Virus record (IMG/VR): IMGVR_UViG_3300008262_000055
Source of the DNA: a virus
Taxonomy: Duplodnaviria; Caudoviricetes
DNA: 64,000 nucleotides
Direction: 5' to 3' (one strand)
Part shown: one piece after another, positions 37,945 to 45,025 of the stretch
Numbering within the stretch: position 1 is the first letter of the stretch
Layout of the letters: every line of letters begins with the position of its first letter
Notes under the pieces: generated by a model
Databases searched by the model: none
What the model saw: only the letters and a program-made list of their open reading frames with translations
What the model was told of the DNA's origin: nothing
Made by a program: the position numbers and the translations under genes

Positions 37945-38777
37945 CTTGGGGCAAACTCCTGTTGTAGTTTAATGTTATCAAAGAATTCTTTCTTAGTATT
38001 GCCGTCGTCTTTGAAAGCACCTTTTAATACTGTAGTCTGTGTAAGACTAGAGTGTGCCATAATACCGCGATTCTCACAGCATCCGTGTACTGCTTGGATG
38101 TAGACACCTAGATCTTTGGCTCCTGTGGCACGTTCGATCTCCCTAGCAATGTCATTACAAAGTTCCTCCTGGAGAGTACCTCGACGGGCACACCACTGAG
38201 CGATCCTTGTATACTTGCTAAGTCCGATGAGTTTCTGAGCCGCAATAAGACCAATATAAGCAACACCAGTAACGGGTTGGTGATGATGGCTGCACATGCT
38301 ACGAAGCTCACTGCGAACAACCAACATACCTTCATAACGATCCGCTGTGTCGTTGGGAAATGCTGTTGCGTCTGGTGCTGGTTCATATCTTCCTGCCATT
38401 ATTTCATTAAAATACATCTTAGCCAGTCTACGTGCTGTACCCTGACTGTTAGGATCGTTTTCACGATCAATCAGCAAACGATCTAGCACTAGTTCAAATG
38501 CTTCTGTTGCTTCGTCGATTAGTTTTTCTTTATCGCCTTCGTGTAAGAAGTCGCTGATATTATCTCCAGCCCAGAATCGTTTTCCTTCACGCTTCATTTT
38601 AAAGCGAAGATGATCACCAAGATATGCTTCTTTGTAGCCACCGTCGCCTGCCATTGCGTCAAGTGCTGTTTCTTTTTTAATATAAACCGTTTTACCTAAT
38701 GGTTCATATTTTTCTTCTTTAAAATCTTTATTCACATCTGCGTGAATTACAGGATCCGGTGTAAATTTGGTTGTCAA
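37941..38777 (-). CDS. folE: GTP cyclohydrolase I
   Basis: SMCSHH, GLSKYTRIA, LQEEL, HGCCENRG; TTG start with GGAG SD. Confidence 0.95.
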   Translation of the reverse strand: MTTKFTPDPVIHADVNKDFKEEKYEPLGKTVYIKKETALDAMAGDGGYKEAYLGDHLRFKMKREGKRFWAGDNISDFLHEGDKEKLIDEATEAFELVLDRLLIDRENDPNSQGTARRLAKMYFNEIMAGRYEPAPDATAFPNDTADRYEGMLVVRSELRSMCSHHHQPVTGVAYIGLIAAQKLIGLSKYTRIAQWCARRGTLQEELCNDIAREIERATGAKDLGVYIQAVHGCCENRGIMAHSSLTQTTVLKGAFKDDGNTKKEFFDNIKLQQEFAPR

Positions 38778-38812
38778 TTATTTTTCTCCGAGTTATTGTC
38801 GTGGATGACATA

Positions 38813-39913
38813 TTATTTTAACATCTTTAATAGTTTATCGCAACTAAAGAAATCATTCGTTAATATATCGACCTGTTTATTTAGGCTTGGTAAAAACTTT
38901 TCATAATTTTCCATGTACTGGATTATCTTATGGCAGACTTCTTTCCTGTGGATTTCATATGATTCAAAAGATTCAGTCCATTCGCTAGGATACTTAAATG
39001 TATCAAACGCCATTTCACTGTAGCTTAATCTATCAGGAACCATAGGAATAGCATCTACTAACGCACCTTCGTACCAGCTAATGCCTAGTGTTTCTTGTAA
39101 ATTAGCACTGAACACTAACTTTGCCTCTCCTAGCATATTATGATATTCATTTTTTGTCAACGGGTATTCTTGACAGACTTTGAACTCATATTGAGGAAGA
39201 TGTTTTTTAAGATCTTCAAAGATTGGCAATTGTTTTTCTGGAGCAATACGATGTGGAAATAGTATAAGATTACGTTTAGGCATATTCTTATACATTAACA
39301 ATGTATCAGACATATATTCCATAGGCCATCCAGAACGAACTACATTTTTCCATTCGCCTTTAAGGGCATCTGCTACATCGTCTTCTATCCAAGGATTTTC
39401 AAACATTCCGTCATTGATAAGGTTACGGATAAACATCTCAATATGAAAATTTGTAGCAAAGTAGTTGTGATCAAATGCGTAGAAGAAACTCTTCTCGGCA
39501 TTTCTAACCCAAGGCTTATTGCCTACAAGACGACCTAGGAAGTCTTGAGGATCATAACTGCCAGCATGCCATAATCCGTGTGTTGTTACCGGAATGCCCA
39601 GCAGTTCACTCATGTACTTTAAGTTTATGATACCAGGATGCCAAGCATCAGTAAAAATAAAGTGATCACCGGGATGAACGGCTCCGTTACAAAATAAGCG
39701 GCCCATCTGCTCAACCTGATTAGCTTTGTATATATTGGTACCACCAAAATTAAGAAAGGCACCAGGAGTAGTGGCACTAGGAATATCCTGAGGGCCAGAG
39801 ATAATTTGAACATCATGTCCCCTTTTTTGTAACAAGGTAGGCAAGTGAGATTTCCACTGGCCTGTGTACCTTGTTTCTACTGCTTCGAGATCTACAAGAA
39901 ATACCTTAGCCAT
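38813..39913 (-). CDS. GT-B (GT4-like) glycosyltransferase
   Basis: Likely start MAKVFLVD at 39913; ILFPHRIAPEK and QETLGISWYEG (ExxGx4E) GT-B signatures. Confidence 0.8.
   Translation of the reverse strand: MAKVFLVDLEAVETRYTGQWKSHLPTLLQKRGHDVQIISGPQDIPSATTPGAFLNFGGTNIYKANQVEQMGRLFCNGAVHPGDHFIFTDAWHPGIINLKYMSELLGIPVTTHGLWHAGSYDPQDFLGRLVGNKPWVRNAEKSFFYAFDHNYFATNFHIEMFIRNLINDGMFENPWIEDDVADALKGEWKNVVRSGWPMEYMSDTLLMYKNMPKRNLILFPHRIAPEKQLPIFEDLKKHLPQYEFKVCQEYPLTKNEYHNMLGEAKLVFSANLQETLGISWYEGALVDAIPMVPDRLSYSEMAFDTFKYPSEWTESFESYEIHRKEVCHKIIQYMENYEKFLPSLNKQVDILTNDFFSCDKLLKMLK
38815..38843 (-). promoter_or_regulatory. sigma70-like promoter for folE
   Basis: TTGCGA-N17-TAAAAT with a TGn extended -10, 38 nt upstream of the folE start. 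Confidence 0.55.
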
Positions 39914-40124
39914 GGCGTTTATTGTATGGCTTGTATCCACGATCCGTGTAGCCACGATTGTTATCCCAACGTCTTGGAGGACGTTGACTATTTAAAAACG
40001 CACGATAATTTTCATTATCTTTATTGTATAAATGTGCGGGATTAAACTCACGCAACTCGAAACGGCAAAAATCCAAGTAGCGGTCGAGATCGTCAAAGAT
40101 TTTCTCAACTTGTTGTTTCATCAT
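39906..40124 (-). CDS. Hypothetical protein
   Basis: 72 aa; AAGGA SD. Confidence 0.6.
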   Translation of the reverse strand: MMKQQVEKIFDDLDRYLDFCRFELREFNPAHLYNKDNENYRAFLNSQRPPRRWDNNRGYTDRGYKPYNKRHG

Positions 40125-40133
40125 GTTTCCTTT

Positions 40134-40341
40134 TTAATATTTGATGAATGAACCATTTTCTCCGTCTTCGGAGACCTCAATCCAAACCTCACGGTCTGGG
40201 TACTTTGCGTGAATCTGAGCGTATAAATCATCGCTCATCATCTCACAACTCTTATAGTCTAGCGACAATACACCTTCGTTGCTAGAATACAATTTTTCCA
40301 ACCATCGTTTGAATTGTATAAATTCCACATCTCTGTCATTG
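40134..40341 (-). pseudogene. 3' remnant of a T-fold/QueD-like protein
   Basis: NDRDVEFIQFKRWL..SCEMMSDDL..VWIEVSEDGENG resembles the C-terminal half of QueD/PTPS-like T-fold proteins. The N-terminal half is absent and replaced by another gene's 5' part in a different frame. Confidence 0.6.
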
Positions 40342-40531
40342 CGTCTCTAGTCATATGAAAGTTATATGTGCTTGAAGAATTAACCTTGCCATCATCATTT
40401 AGACATTCTTGAATAATATCTACAGAAAATAATCCTTTAGGATTGATAGATTCCCAAGATTCTACACGAACCCTATATGCTGGACTTTCTTTAACAGTGA
40501 TGTTTTTAATATTTAGATCAGTGTGTCTCAT
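40342..40531 (-). pseudogene. 5' part of a hypothetical protein fused out of frame to the QueD-like remnant
   Basis: MRHTDLNIK..YNFHMTRD continues into MTEMWNLYNSNDGW, which is the off-frame reading of NDRDVEFIQFKRW. Confidence 0.55.
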
Positions 40532-40881
40532 CTTTTTAATGACTCCATCATTACAATTTTACCCAACGCATCACCAAGATCTTGATCTTCAGTGATAACG
40601 TGCATGCTATTAAAATTACGATCTTTGTGGCTATCGTAACTACGAGTTTCTACAACATAGCCGCCACTGGCTTTGTAAATCTGTAGACGCATACCATCAC
40701 TACAAAGTCTGTCCGATTCTACTACTTGAGGAATATCTTGTTCATACTCGTCGCTGTTCAACCAATTACGAATACGTTGTCTAAATGTTAGTTTCACTTT
40801 CGTTGCCTTTTTTATTTTACGACTGGGTCTAATTGCTTGATGTTTAGCACCAGATATAGTTGCGTAACCCATAGTTCCCAT
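40528..40881 (-). CDS. Hypothetical protein
   Basis: 117 aa, overlapping neighbours. Confidence 0.6.
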   Translation of the reverse strand: MGTMGYATISGAKHQAIRPSRKIKKATKVKLTFRQRIRNWLNSDEYEQDIPQVVESDRLCSDGMRLQIYKASGGYVVETRSYDSHKDRNFNSMHVITEDQDLGDALGKIVMMESLKR

Positions 40882-41438
40882 TATTTGATGATCTCATCCT
40901 TGCCATATTGGTCCCAATCTGTAAAGCGATCTCTTCCCAGAAGGTCCTGTAGGTTATGGCACCATACCCCAGAATTAGTTGCGTTAAAATCTTTGTCGTC
41001 AATCTTTAATGTAGCGTTATAACCTAATTGATTTAGATAAGGTAATTTTACACTAATTTGCGGAATAAATCTACGTTTTTCGGTAAGACCGCTCTCTAGC
41101 AATCCTTCCGTTTCGCGTACATCAAAATCTAATGTACACCACAGATCATATTCACTATCTAAACATACATAGATCATACTTTCCCAAGGACGCCAAGTTT
41201 CCGAATCATTAGTGCCCTTAGTTTTAAAACTTTGATTAGCACCAAAGTAGATATGCTTGATATGTTTAGATTCGTCTGTGTAAGATCTACTTTCTTTGAC
41301 CATTTCTAAAATAATGTAAGGATCATGTACACCTACTACAAATAGAGTTTTCATTCCATAAGCAGGAGTCTTTTCAATCTCTACACCTGTAAAAAATGTA
41401 ATGTTATCTTTTATACCATCTTTATAATCACGTTTCAT
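40881..41438 (-). CDS. Hypothetical protein within the deazaguanine island
   Basis: 185 aa; FFTGVEIEKTPAYG..HIYFGANQSF..KIDDKDF..GVW. Function not recognised. Confidence 0.65.
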   Translation of the reverse strand: MKRDYKDGIKDNITFFTGVEIEKTPAYGMKTLFVVGVHDPYIILEMVKESRSYTDESKHIKHIYFGANQSFKTKGTNDSETWRPWESMIYVCLDSEYDLWCTLDFDVRETEGLLESGLTEKRRFIPQISVKLPYLNQLGYNATLKIDDKDFNATNSGVWCHNLQDLLGRDRFTDWDQYGKDEIIK

Positions 41439-41935
41439 TCTTCAAACCCCGATGATTTCATTTCACGGCTTCTCATACGTTCTTGATATTCTGCTTCATG
41501 CTTGTCGCAAAGTGTGCGGATCCACCCACCATTACGAGATTTGCCAGGATCTCCACAAGTTTCGCAAGTCCTAGCCGCCCACGATTCTGCCATACGCACC
41601 ATACCATGAATCTGTTCATCGCCACCGTCGTAATAAAAACGCAGCCCGCCAAATTTTTCTTTGACCTGTACAGCGACTACTTGATCAATAGCATCTGGAA
41701 CTTCTCTTAGTTCCTCTGGTGCGGCCTTGCTGTTAAATGTAATTGCCCATTGACGTTGTTTTTCTTTCCAATCAATGTGATGTTGAATATTACCGCATAG
41801 GCTATCGAGGACGTTATACCAACCATCGCCGCATTCAAACCCCCAACACATAAGTGTTTCTTTCATGTCTCCATGACGGTTTTTGAAAATTTTTGGATAT
41901 TTGCTACACAGTGCTTCGTCAAGTTCTTGTTTCAC
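41435..41935 (-). CDS. Conserved phage protein with C-terminal Zn-finger-like motif
   Basis: GFECGDGW, QVKEKFGGLRFY, CETCG..LCDKH. Confidence 0.65.
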   Translation of the reverse strand: MKQELDEALCSKYPKIFKNRHGDMKETLMCWGFECGDGWYNVLDSLCGNIQHHIDWKEKQRQWAITFNSKAAPEELREVPDAIDQVVAVQVKEKFGGLRFYYDGGDEQIHGMVRMAESWAARTCETCGDPGKSRNGGWIRTLCDKHEAEYQERMRSREMKSSGFEE

Positions 41936-42159
41936 CAGGTGCTCACATCAGTGATATCAACGGTAGTATCGATGTCCTTATCGATATCGTTGAATAGATT
42001 GAATTTTACAACAACGGTAGGACCAATTCCGCTGCTGCTACTTTCTTCTAGAGTGAACCACTCAACTTCTTTAAAGTGAGCGGCCATTTTTGCCAATTTT
42101 TCAATTTGACCTCGATTGAGGCAAAACTGAGCCGGTTGATACTTTTTATCTTTCGTCAT
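41932..42159 (-). CDS. Hypothetical protein
   Basis: Likely start MTKDKKY at 42159. Confidence 0.55.
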   Translation of the reverse strand: MTKDKKYQPAQFCLNRGQIEKLAKMAAHFKEVEWFTLEESSSSGIGPTVVVKFNLFNDIDKDIDTTVDITDVSTW

Positions 42160-42358
42160 CGTCGTAATGGATAGTTTCGTGATCATGTTCCCATTGCTTA
42201 CGTTTAAGTATAGCAATTTCATCCTTTACTGTCAACTTATGTTTCTTCAAATCAGTCAATCTTTGGTCAGTAAAGTTGCCAGTTCTTTCCAAAGTTTCAA
42301 TTTGCTTGTCAAGTGCCCTGTGTGCTTCTTCCAAATGCTTGATTCTATTTTCATACAT
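42146..42358 (-). CDS. DUF465-like coiled-coil protein
   Basis: RIKHLEEAHRALDKQI..LKKHKLTVKDEI matches the DUF465 pattern. Confidence 0.65.
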   Translation of the reverse strand: MYENRIKHLEEAHRALDKQIETLERTGNFTDQRLTDLKKHKLTVKDEIAILKRKQWEHDHETIHYDDDER

Positions 42359-43877
42359 TCTGAGCCTCCTGTTCGTAATAAAGTTCTTCCAATTCTTTTA
42401 GCTTTTCATCTTCTGGGTCCATAAAATCTTCTACAGCACCAGTTTTGGCTTCTTCTTCGAATAAACTATTAAATTGATTTTTAGCAACACCGCCTTTAAG
42501 ACGCATACCCATCATATTATTGAGCATTGGACGAGCTTGTTCAATCATCTGCATTGGAGTTTCACTCTTAAACAATTCTTTTACGAATCGATCAAAGTAA
42601 AGTATATTTCTAGGCACCCAGTCTGAGTATTCATCACTCATGTCTGAGTCTTTGACCTTCTTCCATTCTCTCCAATCCGGATCAAATCTTGCTGTTTCGA
42701 TATCCATTAAATTATTGGCACGTTGTACTGCTTTAATATGACAGTAGGTATTATGTGCCATCATTAGAGCATAACCAAAACTGTCCCATGATGTTTTACC
42801 TTCTTTACCTACTTTGTTTAACATTCCTGGTTTATACCAACAAATGTCTCCTTGAGTAAGTCTTCTTCCTATTTCTGATTCGAAAGGGAACGGGATGTTA
42901 AAAGCCTGGCTAAGGGCTTTATTGTCGGGGGCTTTGTCCATGATGACTGACCAACGTTTGTTGGTATGTTGGGCGTTGGTGTAGACAAGTCCGTGGGCTG
43001 TTGCGATAAACGGGCTGGCACAATCAAAAGATATGGTAAAGTTTTCATTGATATTTTCCCTTACTTGACGTTGAATAGAAGTTAGATAGCAGGACCAATC
43101 CAACTGGGCTGTACCTAAGAAGTGCATCCAGTTCCTATCATCTAAGAGTTTTTCGTCTCTAAGAATAATAAGGCGTTTCAATGCGATTTCCATATCGCAC
43201 ATATTTTTACCACCCATCGCCCAACCTTCAGTTGGCAGATGTTTAACCGCTTCATACCAAGCCTGTGCTGTTTCCCAATCGCTGCCTTGTAGCACGTTTA
43301 AGAACTTGGTTTGCCCTAATCGATTACGAATGAAATAATCATTATTGTGTAAAGTTTTATCTAAGCAATCATTAAAACTTTTTAAACCAGTTTTTGGACT
43401 ATGAATATGATCACACGCCCACGTAGGCACGTCTAACAACATCGACCAGTCGGCAGTTAATTCTAACCAGTTAAGGATATTATCTCGAACTTTATTTGCA
43501 GCGGCACCTTCAAAGTTTTGCCAATCAAATTTAAGAACACCTTTACCAATCTGATAACCACCGGAATCACCTACAATCACTGTATTAGCACGATCTCGAT
43601 CTTGTATCATAGCATCCTGTGTTATGGTTTTATTTAGATCTAACTGTGCGTGACCTGCTGAATACAGTCCGTACTTGTAAGTAAAGTATCCTTCTTCCGG
43701 ATTTAAAAAGTTCATACCTTCGATGCCTCGATCAAAGCCTTTGGGAATTCGATCATCTGGAACAAATTTATCAAATCTTTGTTTGCTGACGTAGGTGCTA
43801 AAAAAGCAGCTAATGGCTGGCAGATATACTGCGTAATCTTTTTGTAAAGGTGTTAAATTAACTGGTGGCTGTTTCAT
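42351..43877 (-). CDS. tRNA/DNA-guanine transglycosylase-like protein (TGT/DpdA family)
   Basis: VGDSGGYQ (TGT nucleophile-region motif), MLLDVP, NVLQG, WAMGG, MHFLG, SFDCASP (second Asp), MAHN. Confidence 0.75.
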   Translation of the reverse strand: MKQPPVNLTPLQKDYAVYLPAISCFFSTYVSKQRFDKFVPDDRIPKGFDRGIEGMNFLNPEEGYFTYKYGLYSAGHAQLDLNKTITQDAMIQDRDRANTVIVGDSGGYQIGKGVLKFDWQNFEGAAANKVRDNILNWLELTADWSMLLDVPTWACDHIHSPKTGLKSFNDCLDKTLHNNDYFIRNRLGQTKFLNVLQGSDWETAQAWYEAVKHLPTEGWAMGGKNMCDMEIALKRLIILRDEKLLDDRNWMHFLGTAQLDWSCYLTSIQRQVRENINENFTISFDCASPFIATAHGLVYTNAQHTNKRWSVIMDKAPDNKALSQAFNIPFPFESEIGRRLTQGDICWYKPGMLNKVGKEGKTSWDSFGYALMMAHNTYCHIKAVQRANNLMDIETARFDPDWREWKKVKDSDMSDEYSDWVPRNILYFDRFVKELFKSETPMQMIEQARPMLNNMMGMRLKGGVAKNQFNSLFEEEAKTGAVEDFMDPEDEKLKELEELYYEQEAQNV

Positions 43878-44226
43878 GTTCTCTCGCTAAAATTGTTGTA
43901 AGTTCTAATCTAGTCTTTGCCTGTTCTAATTGATCTAATGCTATACGAACTGCTTCGTTGCTAGAAGCCAGCTTGTACCATTCATTTTCTTGAGCACGTT
44001 TCTTACGTGCCCATTGAACTATATCTAATACGTCTTGATCTAGGCCTACAGTAGCATAACTGGTACTCATGTTGATCCATGAGTTGCCGTCAAACACCTG
44101 CATATCATTACCCCATACACGGAGCATACCTTGTATAGGATTGTTGTTGTTTTGATTAATGTACGGCATACTGGTGTTACCACCAGTTACCGTTAACCCG
44201 CTAATACCTTGTAGACCTTTAATCAT
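43858..44226 (-). CDS. Hypothetical protein
   Basis: 122 aa, TAATG-coupled to the clamp gene. Confidence 0.6.
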   Translation of the reverse strand: MIKGLQGISGLTVTGGNTSMPYINQNNNNPIQGMLRVWGNDMQVFDGNSWINMSTSYATVGLDQDVLDIVQWARKKRAQENEWYKLASSNEAVRIALDQLEQAKTRLELTTILAREHETATS

Positions 44227-44963
44227 TATTGTTGCTGTGCTGGAATAATGTATTTGTAAGTAGCAAGTCCGCTGTCTAAAGTGATTTGGATAGCACCTTC
44301 ATTACTTAAAGCCATTTTAGTATTGTTAACATCAGCAGCTTTTAAGATACTTAGAATTGGAAGTACTGGCCATGTCCATCCGCGATCAAGTTTACCTACT
44401 ACATTCTGTGCGAATACAAATTCGCCGCCGTGTGTTGAAGCATCGCCAAATATAAACTTTAGATTATTGCCATCTGTTTTTGCCAAGAATGTTGGATGTT
44501 CACTATGAGCACCTGCCTGAAAGTTAAAACGTGTAACAGAAGCTACACTTGGCTCAAGCTCTACATCCCACTTAACACCACGGAACTTAACTGTTTTCAT
44601 CTTTTCGTTGATGATTTCTTGATTCATAAAACGATAATCGTTCTTAAAGTCGCCATCTTTGTTTTCAAAGTGAATACCAACAGGAATAGTTTCTCCGTTA
44701 CGTTCTGCTGTAGTAATGTTTATCTTAGCATCCTCTTTGTATTCTGGACCGTCTATTAGATATTTTAATTTCTGTAGTTGCGGCATTCCAAATGTACCAA
44801 TCATATCTGGATATGGATTGTGTGTGCTAGCTTCCATAATTACTGAACGGTCATCAGCCATTGAGAAGATGCTTGTGCCTTCTTCTGTGCCTGTGACCTT
44901 AACTGTGGTTAAGAAGCCTAGGTTTTGCGTATGTGATACGATGTCTTGTAAAATATCTTTCAT
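44226..44963 (-). CDS. DNA polymerase sliding clamp (gp45-like)
   Basis: 245 aa alpha/beta protein next to PolB, with a PCNA/gp45-like C-terminus (ITLDSGLATYKYIIPA). Confidence 0.65.
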   Translation of the reverse strand: MKDILQDIVSHTQNLGFLTTVKVTGTEEGTSIFSMADDRSVIMEASTHNPYPDMIGTFGMPQLQKLKYLIDGPEYKEDAKINITTAERNGETIPVGIHFENKDGDFKNDYRFMNQEIINEKMKTVKFRGVKWDVELEPSVASVTRFNFQAGAHSEHPTFLAKTDGNNLKFIFGDASTHGGEFVFAQNVVGKLDRGWTWPVLPILSILKAADVNNTKMALSNEGAIQITLDSGLATYKYIIPAQQQ

Positions 44964-44988
44964 TTAGAGAGTCTCCATGTATATTAAG

Positions 44989-45017
44989 ATTATATTTAGA
45001 TCTTGAGAAAAAATCAA
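44989..45017 (-). promoter_or_regulatory. Overlapping sigma70-like and late-like promoter for the clamp gene
   Basis: TTGATT-N17-TATAAT, with CTAAATA overlapping the -10; GGAG SD downstream. Confidence 0.6.
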
Positions 45018-45025
45018 CCTAGAAA

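Noticed and set aside
38772-38777. TTGACA as a -35 element
   Set aside because: There is no -10 at 16-18 nt. It is the folE TTG start plus the next codon, with a GGAG SD upstream.
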